64,000 nucleotides of DNA, from contig OY970358.1 of NCBI GenBank assembly GCA_963718575.1, positions 450,172 to 514,171 of the forward strand, in the 5' to 3' direction. The translations under genes and the position numbers were made by a program. Below, piece after piece: positions 10,860-20,228 of this stretch. Under the pieces are notes generated by a model that did not search any database, had not been told where the DNA came from, and saw only the letters and a program-made list of their open reading frames with translations. Position 1 is the first letter of the stretch. Every line of letters starts with the position of its first letter. Source of the stretch: an uncultured bacterium (GTDB lineage Bacteria > Patescibacteriota > Minisyncoccia > UBA6257 > 2-01-FULL-56-20).

Positions 10860-12395
10860 ATGGCAAAGAAAATGGCGATTCTCGTGGTGCTGGACGGATG
10901 GGGTATCGGCAAGGACTCATACATTAACCCCGTCTTCGTGGCAAAGCCGCCGACATTCCAATGGCTCGCCGAGAACTATCCCCTCACGAGCCTCCAGGCA
11001 TCGGGCATCTCCGTCGGGCTTCCGTGGGGCGAGACCGGCAACAGCGAGGTCGGCCACCTCACGCTCGGCGCCGGCAAGGTCGTCTATCAATATTATCCAA
11101 AGATCATGATGGCGATCCAAGACGGCACGTTCTTCGAAAATCCAGTGCTGAAAGCCGCCTTCGCGCACGCGCGCGATAATAATTCCGCGATCAACTTTGC
11201 GGGACTGCTCACCAAGGCGAATGTGCACGCATCGCTCGATCATCTCCACGCGCTTTTAAAAATGGCGCAGATGGAGAAGGTCACAAGAATAAATCTCCAT
11301 CTTTTCGCAGACGGAGAGGACAGTCCTCCGCATACTGTCGGCGACTTTCTTAAAGAGATCCCGAAGGAATATTTGGCGAGTCTCACAGGCCGCTATTATG
11401 CGATGGATCGCGAGGGCAATTGGCGCCTCACGCAGACCGCGTACGAAGCGATCCTCGGCAAGAGCGGCACGATCGTGGGCGACCCGACGGCGGCGATCGA
11501 GGCCACCTATAAGCACGATGCGACAGAGGAGTATCTTCCTGCACTCCGCTTTTCGGAGGATAAACACCTGAACGACGGCGACGCGCTCGTGTTCTTCAAT
11601 TATCGCGAAGACAGCATCCGCCAGCTGGCGTCCGCGTTCATCAAAAAAGATTTCTCTGAATTCCCCATCGTCCCATTCAACAATCTCTACGTCGCAACGC
11701 TCACCCACTACGATGACACATTCGATGCGCCGTTCGCATTCGCCGCCGACGGGGTCGAGCATCCGCTGGGACGAGTGATAAGCGATGCCGGCCTCACCCA
11801 GCTCCGCCTGGCCGAGACATATAAATATGCGCACGTCACCTACTTCTTCAACGGATTCCGCGAGGCGCCATTCAAAGGAGAATACCGCACGCTCGTGCCG
11901 TCCGCGTCCGGCCCGCATCCCGAAGAACATCCCGAGATGATGGCCGTCGCGATCACCGACCGCCTGATCGAAGCGATCGACAGCCGCGGATTCGATTTCA
12001 TCCTCGTCAACTATTCGAACGCCGACACGATGGGACACAGCGCCAACTTCAAAGCCGCGCTCGAAGCGATCAACGTGCTCGACACGCAGATCGCGCGCGT
12101 CATCAAAGCGGCGGACAATCCCGACACGCTCCTCTTCATCACCGCCGATCACGGCAACGTGGAAGAGATGATCAATGAACGTACCGGCGAACCCGAAAGC
12201 CAGCACGACCCCAACCCCGTGCCGTTCCACCTCGTCGTGCAGGAATATAAGGGAAGAAAGTTCATCAACGCCGACCGCCTCACCACCGAAACGCTCGGCT
12301 CCCTCGCCGACGTCGCCCCCACCATCCTCGCGCTCATGGGCATCCAAAAACCCGACGAGATGATCGGCACAAGTCTGTTGAATGGCCTGATATAG
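10860..12395 (+). CDS. gpmI: 2,3-bisphosphoglycerate-independent phosphoglycerate mutase
   Basis: LDGWG, GNSEVGH, GRYYAMDR, AET.KYAHVTYFFNG, D..GH, TADHGN. Confidence 0.95.
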   Translation: MAKKMAILVVLDGWGIGKDSYINPVFVAKPPTFQWLAENYPLTSLQASGISVGLPWGETGNSEVGHLTLGAGKVVYQYYPKIMMAIQDGTFFENPVLKAAFAHARDNNSAINFAGLLTKANVHASLDHLHALLKMAQMEKVTRINLHLFADGEDSPPHTVGDFLKEIPKEYLASLTGRYYAMDREGNWRLTQTAYEAILGKSGTIVGDPTAAIEATYKHDATEEYLPALRFSEDKHLNDGDALVFFNYREDSIRQLASAFIKKDFSEFPIVPFNNLYVATLTHYDDTFDAPFAFAADGVEHPLGRVISDAGLTQLRLAETYKYAHVTYFFNGFREAPFKGEYRTLVPSASGPHPEEHPEMMAVAITDRLIEAIDSRGFDFILVNYSNADTMGHSANFKAALEAINVLDTQIARVIKAADNPDTLLFITADHGNVEEMINERTGEPESQHDPNPVPFHLVVQEYKGRKFINADRLTTETLGSLADVAPTILALMGIQKPDEMIGTSLLNGLI

Positions 12396-12514
12396 GAGGA
12401 GAATAGGTAGTGTCTTTGGATGTGCCCACTGTCCCGGACAGCGAACGAAATTCGAATCTGGTTTATGAGTAAAACCTGAACGATTGATTTTTAAACTGCT
12501 TAAATAAAAACTTT

Positions 12515-13227
12515 TTAATAAATTTCGCTCTTAGTATCTCCATGAATCAATTCTTGATTTTTAAAAATTTCCTCTTGTACCACTTGCAATGCTTGTTCAG
12601 TTTTAAAAGATCCACTTGACCCAGAAGGAAAGTCCGGGTCGCTACCGAAGACATCGACGCCTATCTCAGCATTGACAATCATGTAATGTACCATTTCTTC
12701 GTTGGTAATAGAATTCCGAAAGCTTATACGAATACAATAATAGAGATTCGACGTATCAGCCGTTAAGGAATTCTGCCAATTTTCTATTTTAAAATCGGGT
12801 TTCAGATCGACTCTCAAACTAGCTCCCGGATTCAAAGCCACAAATGAAGATCCATTCCCGCCAGGGGCGTTATATAGACCCATTGGATTGCTGGTGCTTA
12901 TTGGAGAATTAATTACATATGCTGACACCCGTATATATCCATTGTTAATCGGAACTAAGCCTAAATTCTTTATGGTTAAAATCTTTGATGTTGGATCTAC
13001 TGCCATATCCAGCACTACCCTTGAGTTAAGCTGACTCGACAGGGATTGTTGAATAATAAATATCAATATAAAAATAGCTAAGCTTTCCATAAAGAATCCC
13101 CAGAACGAACATGGTATATATATATTATTTTTTTCTCATATTTTTGTAATATTTTTCCAAAAGAAAAAATTAAAATCGCAACCATTCCGGAAGCCCAAAA
13201 CCACCAAGGAATAATTTCTAAATGCAT
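12515..13227 (-). CDS. Low-GC membrane protein; probably starts at 13227 with a frameshift in the A7/(TA)n tract at ~13115-13134
   Basis: ORF 12515..13090 plus upstream out-of-frame hydrophobic segment MHLEIIPWWFWASGMVAILIFSFG. Confidence 0.5.
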
Positions 13228-13363
13228 AGAAAAGCGAGAATTAATCTCTTTGTCAGAAAAAGCATTCTATAAATCTTAACAGAATTTCCGCCCTTTCTAT
13301 ATATTTACCATACTTACCCTCTGTGTCCTGGGCAGAATTTGAGCCCAATCTCCTTATCACTCC

Positions 13364-13497
13364 CTTCGCTTTTGCAAGGGTGTGTCCTGAGGTTTTCGGG
13401 GCATTCCGGAGGTGCGAAGGCGCCGAGGCTTAGCGATTTTCCAGCAGGAAAATACGCGGCCCCGAAAACCTCAGGACACACCCTTGCAAAAGCGAAG
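13364..13497. repeat. Y-shaped hairpin element copy 2 (39-bp perfect inverted arms)
   Basis: 13364-13402 = revcomp of 13459-97; inner hairpins GGTGC-GAAG-GCGCC and TTTTCC-AGCA-GGAAAA. Confidence 0.85.
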
Positions 13498-13518
13498 ATT
13501 GCTGATATAATCATCCTC

Positions 13519-14613
13519 ATGCCACAAACAGAAGATCCGAAGGCGACCACCATCGCACAGGCGCTGAAAACCGAGATATCGACCACCGACTGGCCAAAGG
13601 AGGGCAGCGTTGTTGAAGTCACGCTTTTAAAGCGCCTCCCCCGCAAAGCCTACTTTGATATGGGCCGCTTTGGCACCGGCATCGTGTTCGGTGCAGAGAT
13701 CGCGAATGCGCGCGAAGCGTTGCGCACCCTAAAGCCCGGCGATTCGCTCCAGGCGAAGATCGTCGTCCTCGACGGCGAGGAAGGACACATCGAGCTCTCG
13801 CTCTCCGAAGCCGGCAAGCAAAAACTCTGGGCGCTCGCCAAGGATTATGCGGAATCGGGCGAAGTGATCAAGGCAAAGATCGTTGCCGCGAACGCGGGCG
13901 GGCTCATGACCGTCGTCGCGGATGACCTCAAGGCGTTCCTTCCCGTGTCTCAGCTTTCACTTGAACACTATCCGAAGGTTCCGGACGGCGACCGCATCAA
14001 GATCGCGGAAGAGTTGAAAAAGTTCGTCGGCCAGGAATTGAACGTCAAGATCATCGACGTCAACCCTCGCACGAATAAAGTGATCGTCTCCGAGCGCGAA
14101 GTGCTTTCCGCAAACGTCAAAGAATTGCTCGCCGCATACACGATCGGCCAGGTCATTGACGTGATGGTCTCCGGCACCGCCGACTTCGGCGTGTTCGTCC
14201 GCTTCACCGACAATCCGCAGATCGAGGGCATGATCCACATCTCCGAGCTGGATTACAAGTTGATCGACAACCCTAAGGAGCTCGTCAAAGTGAACGATCC
14301 GTTGAAAGCAAAAATTATTGATATCAAAGAAGGCCGCGTCTTCCTTTCGCTCAAAGCGCTCAAGGAAGATCCGTGGGTCAAAGCCGGCGACAAGTTCAAA
14401 CCGGGCGAGACCGTCCAGGGCAAAGTCTATAAGTTCAATCCGTTCGGCGCGGTCGTCGCGCTCGACGGCGACCTCCAAGGCATGGTGCACATCTCCGAAT
14501 TCGGCGGCCAGGACGAGATGAAGAAAGCGCTCACCGTCGGCGAGACCTATCCGTTCGTCATTGACACCGTAAAGCAGGAAGAGAAGCGGATCACGTTGAA
14601 GACGAAGAAATAA
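13519..14613 (+). CDS. rpsA: 30S ribosomal protein S1 (four S1 domains)
   Basis: Repeated S1 motifs (AFLPVSQLS, FGVFV..GMIHISEL, FGAVV..GMVHISE); TATAAT 7 nt before ATG 13519. Confidence 0.9.
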   Translation: MPQTEDPKATTIAQALKTEISTTDWPKEGSVVEVTLLKRLPRKAYFDMGRFGTGIVFGAEIANAREALRTLKPGDSLQAKIVVLDGEEGHIELSLSEAGKQKLWALAKDYAESGEVIKAKIVAANAGGLMTVVADDLKAFLPVSQLSLEHYPKVPDGDRIKIAEELKKFVGQELNVKIIDVNPRTNKVIVSEREVLSANVKELLAAYTIGQVIDVMVSGTADFGVFVRFTDNPQIEGMIHISELDYKLIDNPKELVKVNDPLKAKIIDIKEGRVFLSLKALKEDPWVKAGDKFKPGETVQGKVYKFNPFGAVVALDGDLQGMVHISEFGGQDEMKKALTVGETYPFVIDTVKQEEKRITLKTKK

Positions 14614-14640
14614 AAATGGCCCTTTGGGGCTATTTTTTTA
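14613..14640 (+). terminator. Intrinsic terminator after rpsA
   Basis: AAAAATGGCCC-TTT-GGGGCTATTTTTTT. Confidence 0.7.
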
Positions 14641-14692
14641 TCTTTACTTTCGGGTGGAAATCCGATATTCTAAGACCTGAATTCAGCACTAT

Positions 14693-14763
14693 GCCGCGAT
14701 AGCTCAATGGTAGAGCACTCGCCTGAAGAGCGAGCTAAGTGAGTTCGATTCTCTCTCGCGGCA
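14693..14763 (+). tRNA. tRNA-Phe(GAA); encoded CCA split by integrated element
   Basis: GCCGCGA/TCGCGGC acceptor, CTCGC-CTGAAGA-GCGAG anticodon arm, TTCGATT T-loop. Confidence 0.95.
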
Positions 14764-16276
14764 CAAGAGTAGAAACTAGATTTTTTTCAGAAAAATTTTT
14801 GCGCGATGCGCACAGCGCATCGTTAGGTGGGGTGGGGGTAACGACGAGAGAACGGGAAGAAAGAAAGAGGGTCGAGCCGAAGAATTTTTTTGCCGAGAGT
14901 TTTTTCTGCGTGAGGGTGGGGGCAAGAGCGGTTTCCGTCAGATTTTCTGCGTCTTTTATCCACTCTCTTAGGGGTTCGAGCCAAGCGACCTGTCCTTTTT
15001 GCAAAGAGGCCATTTCTTCCTCCAGCCCCTTCTTGCGGAGAAGAAGCACCGACCTCTGTTCTTGGTATTGCTCTTTGCCGATGCTCTCCTCCAACCGGAC
15101 TTCGAGCAGGATGCTTAGCTTCTTCTCAATGGCCGATATTTCGCCTCTCGTCGCTTGGCTCGCGGCGGCGGACGACTGGATGGCCTCCTGTTCGTCCTTG
15201 TCCGCCATCCTGTTCAATTCCGCCGCCCAATCATGGGGCAAGGCGTATTGGGTCATAATATCTGAAAGCTCGGCTGACAACGCTTCCTCTCGGATGAAGG
15301 GTTGGGAGCAAGTGCCCTTCTTCTTCGTGCATCGGTAGTAGGTGTAGGTATGGACGTTCCCGTTCTTCTGATGCTTGGTCTTTGTTTCGGCCGTGATGCT
15401 CATGCCGCACTCGCCGCAACGCAACAGGCCGCAAAGAGGGCTTGCGTTATTCTCCGGCTCATGGCGCGGTCGGCTTCGCTCTTTCAAAACCTCCTGTACT
15501 TTATCAAAAAGTTTCTTCGAGATGAGCGGCGGATGCTTGCCCTCATATAACTCTCCGGCGTAGCGGAACATACCGATATAGAAGGGGTTGGTGAGAATGG
15601 CTTTCACTTGGTCGCGCTTCAACGGCTTGCCGCCTCCGCCACTCCATCGCTTCGTTGCTCTCGTCTTGATGCCGTGGTTGAAAAGAAACATCGACAAATC
15701 CTCCAAGTGGGATTTGTTCTCGGCGGTAAGTTCAAACAGCTTTACCAAAACAGGAGCTTCGCGCCTGTCCCTTACGACGAGTTTGCGGGCTACATCGTTC
15801 ATATATCCGGGCGGGGCAACCGAAGGATACTCGCCCCGTTTGGCTTTCTCGTGTAGGCCGCGCTTGGTATTCGCGCTCAAGTCGCGGACATATTGGGTAG
15901 CCGCCGCGAACTCAACCGACATGAGAAGCCCGTTGTCCTCGGACTGATAGTCGTGCTCATAGGTGCGGACTTGCTGTATCGTGCCGATTTGGTGAAGCCA
16001 TCGTATTTTCCCGTCGTCCCACGGATTGCGGGCTAACCTGTCGAGTTTCCAACATAAAATACCCTGCGCCTCGCCCCGTTCAATCCTCTCTATCATCTGA
16101 TTGAAGACGGGGCGGCCGGGTTTCTTCGCCGTCTCCTTCTCGGTGAACTCGTGAATGATGCTAAGTCCTTCTTGCTTGGCTAAGGCTCGCAACACGGAAA
16201 GTTGGTCTTCGATAGAGCGTATCTGCCTGTCTTCGGCTTCGGATGATTTGCGGGCGTAGAGGAAATATGAGGTCAT
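14735..16276 (-). CDS. Large serine recombinase (resolvase + recombinase + Zn-ribbon + coiled coil)
   Basis: YARKSS, GRPVF, WKLDRLARN, GY..D, NPFYIG, G.H.PLIS, CGECG, YYRC; stop lies inside tRNA-Phe antisense. Confidence 0.92.
   Translation of the reverse strand: MTSYFLYARKSSEAEDRQIRSIEDQLSVLRALAKQEGLSIIHEFTEKETAKKPGRPVFNQMIERIERGEAQGILCWKLDRLARNPWDDGKIRWLHQIGTIQQVRTYEHDYQSEDNGLLMSVEFAAATQYVRDLSANTKRGLHEKAKRGEYPSVAPPGYMNDVARKLVVRDRREAPVLVKLFELTAENKSHLEDLSMFLFNHGIKTRATKRWSGGGGKPLKRDQVKAILTNPFYIGMFRYAGELYEGKHPPLISKKLFDKVQEVLKERSRPRHEPENNASPLCGLLRCGECGMSITAETKTKHQKNGNVHTYTYYRCTKKKGTCSQPFIREEALSAELSDIMTQYALPHDWAAELNRMADKDEQEAIQSSAAASQATRGEISAIEKKLSILLEVRLEESIGKEQYQEQRSVLLLRKKGLEEEMASLQKGQVAWLEPLREWIKDAENLTETALAPTLTQKKLSAKKFFGSTLFLSSRSLVVTPTPPNDALCASRKNFSEKNLVSTLVPRERIELT
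14762..14935. repeat. Arm A (174 bp), inverted copy at 19343-19516
   Basis: Direct sequence comparison. Confidence 0.95.
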
Positions 16277-16333
16277 GCAATAAGTGTATCCCATCTTGGG
16301 ATATGCCGCAAGAGGATATACGATTAAGTTGAA

Positions 16334-16546
16334 ATGACGAACGTTCAAGCAAAAGACTATAGGGATTTTCTAAAACGTCTCCGTAAAGCCCGTGAAGAAG
16401 TTGGGCTACTACAATCCGATGTCGCCAAGAAGCTTGGAAAACCACAATCTTATATTTCAAAAGTGGAATCGGGAGAACGGCGTATTGATTTCATAGAGTT
16501 GAAAAAACTTTCGATGATTTACAAGAAAAAACTAGATTTTTTCTAA
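16334..16546 (+). CDS. XRE-family HTH regulator, divergent from recombinase
   Basis: LRKAREEVGLLQSDVAKKLGKPQSYISKVESGERRID. Confidence 0.9.
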   Translation: MTNVQAKDYRDFLKRLRKAREEVGLLQSDVAKKLGKPQSYISKVESGERRIDFIELKKLSMIYKKKLDFF

Positions 16547-16555
16547 AACCAATTC

Positions 16556-17386
16556 CTATACTCTTGCTCCCGTTAGGTTTGCGCTTTCGTATCGCCGCAC
16601 ACCCTTTCGCAAAACCCAAAGCGCGACGAAAAACCATGCCGCCGCCAACGCCCAGATTAAAGCGACTTCTGCGACGTTGATATTTTTAACTGCTTCTATA
16701 GGTAAGCCGCCAACGGCTATGCTTGGGATAATAAAAATAAAAATAAAACGAATTACTCCTTGGTACACCCCCGAAGGGTAAAGACTTGGGCCGACCAGTA
16801 TATCAAAGGCGTCGTCCGAAAGTTGCGCGGAATCGGGGAGATAAAACGAGATACAGGAAGCCATCAGTGCAAAATTTATAAATATCGTCGTTGCGGGGAT
16901 GATAAGTGAAATTAGCAAAATAATCTGCACAAGCGATGCGTGCGTTATGTAGGTATATATGGCAAAAAGAATAATACCAAATATCGTGTCCCCGATGGCA
17001 CTTGTCATTGTCGTTGTCGTCAAAATTCGCAAATAGAGATTTTTCGGCGTAAGAAGAATTGAGTCAAAAGTTCCATTATTAACAAAAGAATCCAAGTTGT
17101 TTGCGCCGTAACAAAACGAGAACGCAAGTCCGAAAGTTATTGCAACAAAACCTTGCAATCCTATAACCTCTACGCCCGACCAGCCGTTAATAGTCCCAAA
17201 GGCCTTAAAGAACAACAACCAAACCACCACGAACGCAAAATTATTTACAACCATTCCAACGACCTGCATGAGAAAGGAAAACCGAAGTTCCGCCGCCGCC
17301 ATGAGATTTATTTTAATATAGCGACCAGCAACGGAAAGCTCGGAAATAAATTTCTGAAAGGTCGTTTTTTTGGCAAATTTTCTCAT
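16556..17386 (-). CDS. ABC-2 family permease (DUF990-like)
   Basis: 6 TM, G.FD..LL.P, C-terminal RRYES. Confidence 0.8.
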   Translation of the reverse strand: MRKFAKKTTFQKFISELSVAGRYIKINLMAAAELRFSFLMQVVGMVVNNFAFVVVWLLFFKAFGTINGWSGVEVIGLQGFVAITFGLAFSFCYGANNLDSFVNNGTFDSILLTPKNLYLRILTTTTMTSAIGDTIFGIILFAIYTYITHASLVQIILLISLIIPATTIFINFALMASCISFYLPDSAQLSDDAFDILVGPSLYPSGVYQGVIRFIFIFIIPSIAVGGLPIEAVKNINVAEVALIWALAAAWFFVALWVLRKGVRRYESANLTGARV

Positions 17387-17390
17387 GGCA

Positions 17391-18221
17391 TTATCCTCCG
17401 TTTATCGACAATTTCCTTTGCGCCCTTTGGAAAACAATCTTGATGAGTATGAAAAAGAAAATTACCCAAAAAAGTTGGGCGACAAGCAATAACGGCCATT
17501 GCGACAAAAAGGTGGGGTTGAACATCTGCGTTGCAAACATTGGTGCACCAAAAGGGGTGAAATTAGCAAAAGTTTGAAAAGAAGACGGGAGAAGTGCGAG
17601 CGGAACATATGCTCCTCCAAAAATGAGAATCGCTTTATCAACAATCCAAAAAAACGGTCGGGAATCGTTAATCCACAAAGAAGGTAGTGCAATCAAAATA
17701 TAAAGCCCTGCCGACACCATCGTTCCGGCGGCCGCAAGGAGTAAGGCATATAAAAGACGCGGGAACGAGGCCGAGCTTGGAAAGCCGTGCGTAAAAAGTA
17801 ACAAAATCGGTATGACAACAGCCGCACTCACCAGAAAACTTAGTAACCCCTTGCCAAACTGTTCCCAAAATTTATAAGCGACATACGAATAAGGTTTGTT
17901 GATTTGCAATTCTAGCGTACCTTTCCGCGCTTCTTCGTCAATGGTTTTGAAAACACCTCTGAATTGCATATATAGGAGCAGGTGATAAACCGCGATACTC
18001 CAAACCGCTATCGCCGCATCAACGCCGTTTATGTCTTGGCCGATGTAATGGAAGGCGTAGGTATATATAGCAAGCAATATAAGAATACGAAACGGAACGA
18101 GAATAGCACTCGTTTGAAGTTTCTTGGGATAGTACAAGGTCTCCTTTATGGAAAGGCGATATATAAAAAGATATTTTGAGGCCTGACTAAGCCAGCTACG
18201 ATTAGCTATCCTTATGTTCAT
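17391..18221 (-). CDS. ABC-2 family permease (DUF990-like)
   Basis: 6 TM, GTLELQINKP, FGGAYVPL, C-terminal INGG. Confidence 0.8.
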   Translation of the reverse strand: MNIRIANRSWLSQASKYLFIYRLSIKETLYYPKKLQTSAILVPFRILILLAIYTYAFHYIGQDINGVDAAIAVWSIAVYHLLLYMQFRGVFKTIDEEARKGTLELQINKPYSYVAYKFWEQFGKGLLSFLVSAAVVIPILLLFTHGFPSSASFPRLLYALLLAAAGTMVSAGLYILIALPSLWINDSRPFFWIVDKAILIFGGAYVPLALLPSSFQTFANFTPFGAPMFATQMFNPTFLSQWPLLLVAQLFWVIFFFILIKIVFQRAQRKLSINGG

Positions 18222-19194
18222 AAATTTTTCCGATAACCTCCTCTAGCGGCGGGTCTTCGATGGTAATGTCTTGAATATCCTTGCCGTGAATTACGTCTTT
18301 GAGCACCTCGTCTATCGAAGTGATGCTGGTATCAACAGTAAATTTGACTCCGCCACCTTTATTTTTGAGGATGTCGATGCCAGCAGGCATCTCTTTCACG
18401 TCAAGCTTATCTTTTTCCCCGAGAGCAATACGGACTACTTTCTTATTGAGATATTTTCTCTTGAGATTAGATGTCTTGTCATCGAAAATTATCTTGCCTT
18501 GATTGACGATGATTGTTCTGTCGCACAGCGTTTCAATATCGCCAGCGTCATGCGAAGTCAAAAAAATGGTGGTCTTGAGGTTTTTGTTTATGGATTTCAA
18601 ATTCTCTCGCAACTTTCGTTTTGCTACAATATCAAGCCCGATGGTCGGCTCATCAAGAAATACAATCGGCGGTTCGTGGATGAGTGCCACGGCGATTTCC
18701 GCCCTCATCCGTTGTCCCAACGATAACTTTCGCACGGGTTGGTCAAAAATCTCTGCAAGGTCAAAAAGCTCAATGAGTTTCTCTCGCTGTGTCGTATATT
18801 GTGTTGTTTCAACTTCGTATACCTTGGCGAACAAATCAAATGAATCCCTAATGGGGAGATTAAAAATCAACTGCGAACGCTGACCGAATACCGTACCGAT
18901 GTTAAGTGCTAATTCTTTTCTATCTTTTTGAGGATTGAGTCCAAGAACTGATGCGTTGCCGGAAGTTGGCGACAGTATACCCGTAAGCATCTTTATAGTC
19001 GTTGATTTACCCGCTCCATTCGGGCCGATAAATGCCAGCGACTCGCCTTCAAAAGCAGAGAATGAAATGTCATCAACTGCGGTTATAGAACGGGTTTGCG
19101 GCGAAAAAAGATTTTTAAGAAAACCACTCTTTTGGTCTTTCACGGGAAACACAAAAACTTTTGTAAGATGCCGCACTTCAACAGCTTTTTCCAT
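18202..19194 (-). CDS. ABC-2 exporter ATP-binding subunit
   Basis: GPNGAGKST, VFGQRSQL, LSLGQRMR, FLDEPT. Confidence 0.9.
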   Translation of the reverse strand: MEKAVEVRHLTKVFVFPVKDQKSGFLKNLFSPQTRSITAVDDISFSAFEGESLAFIGPNGAGKSTTIKMLTGILSPTSGNASVLGLNPQKDRKELALNIGTVFGQRSQLIFNLPIRDSFDLFAKVYEVETTQYTTQREKLIELFDLAEIFDQPVRKLSLGQRMRAEIAVALIHEPPIVFLDEPTIGLDIVAKRKLRENLKSINKNLKTTIFLTSHDAGDIETLCDRTIIVNQGKIIFDDKTSNLKRKYLNKKVVRIALGEKDKLDVKEMPAGIDILKNKGGGVKFTVDTSITSIDEVLKDVIHGKDIQDITIEDPPLEEVIGKIYEHKDS

Positions 19195-19342
19195 ATCCCA
19201 TAATTGTATGGCTTTTTATCGCTTCTTGCCACCTTCAAAGTTCTTCAAGGGAGTTTGCCGACGCTTCGTCGGCAAAAAATAAGATTGTTCAATACTGCGC
19301 GCGCGGTTTGGGTGGGGAAGCAGTATTGTCCGCTAGTAAATC

Positions 19343-19697
19343 GAAACCGCTCTTGCCCCCACCCTCACGCAGAAAAAACTCTCGGCAAAAAAATTCTTCG
19401 GCTCGACCCTCTTTCTTTCTTCCCGTTCTCTCGTCGTTACCCCCACCCCACCTAACGATGCGCTGTGCGCATCGCGCAAAAATTTTTCTGAAAAAAATCT
19501 AGTTTCTACTCTTGTGAGTTTGTATCAGTCGGCTCGCAACCATTTTAGCCGAAATCAATGAGTTTTGACACCCCGCAGGGTAGTCGTTAGGGGGGTCGTT
19601 ACGCAACGACTACCCCTACCCACCCGAAGGGCTGATGGATACTGACTTTCTTCCTTCTCGCCGCCTCATTTTGGTTGCTGACATATATGACTTTTCG
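19343..19697 (-). repeat. Inverted internal copy of the element's circle junction (attP-like; A' + GTG core + B)
   Basis: 19343-19516 = revcomp 14762-14935; 19514-19697 = revcomp 20206-20389; shared GTG at 19514-16. Confidence 0.9.
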
Positions 19698-19937
19698 CCA
19701 TGCAAAACCTTTCATCCATTTCCCTTACCCCTCCGTCCCTCGGAAGACCTCGGGACTTCGGGGGCGGCCGTGCTCGGCCGCATCAGGCCCTCGGCTTCCC
19801 GCTCTCCGTGCCGCAGTCGGTTTTGTATACGCGCTGGGGGGATAAAAAGATTATCGAAGATACAATAAATAAGACAAGCTCATGGCCGCATGGCCGAGGA
19901 GCGCGTCAGCCGCGAAAAATGGGCTTGCATAATTTGG

Positions 19938-20228
19938 TCAGGCAAACCATTTTTCGATTTTGGTTTCCACTTCTAATCTTGGTTGCGCGAAACGCTCTCG
20001 TGATACCCGTATGACATTCTCCATTGTTGCCTCGTCGCCGTTCAAGGCGATGGGCGGGAGCGTTTCCGCCGTGAATGGCTTGCTCCGCTTCCCGTCTATC
20101 ATCAATTTTGTATAAAATTGGTAGTTCTCCGTATGCCCCATGTCCTCGCTCCCGAACTCCGGCTTGAACTCCTCCGCAAGCTCTTTGGCGTCCAACGAGC
20201 CGACCCGAAAAGTCATATATGTCAGCAA
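19938..20228 (-). pseudogene. C-terminal fragment of a VirD4/TraD-like coupling ATPase
   Basis: FRVG..DA..L..EF.P.F...D......Y.KLMIDG..SKPFTA.TLPP...SRER tail typical of this family; N-terminus absent. Confidence 0.65.

Noticed and set aside
11256-12347. Long antisense ORFs (also 23510-24301, 31980-32990, 33874-34743, 40169-41185, 63022-63798)
   Set aside because: Shadows of GC3-rich genes on the opposite strand, with no motifs
13339-13518. N-terminal extension of rpsA in ORF track
   Set aside because: It is read-through of the hairpin element; TATAAT precedes ATG 13519
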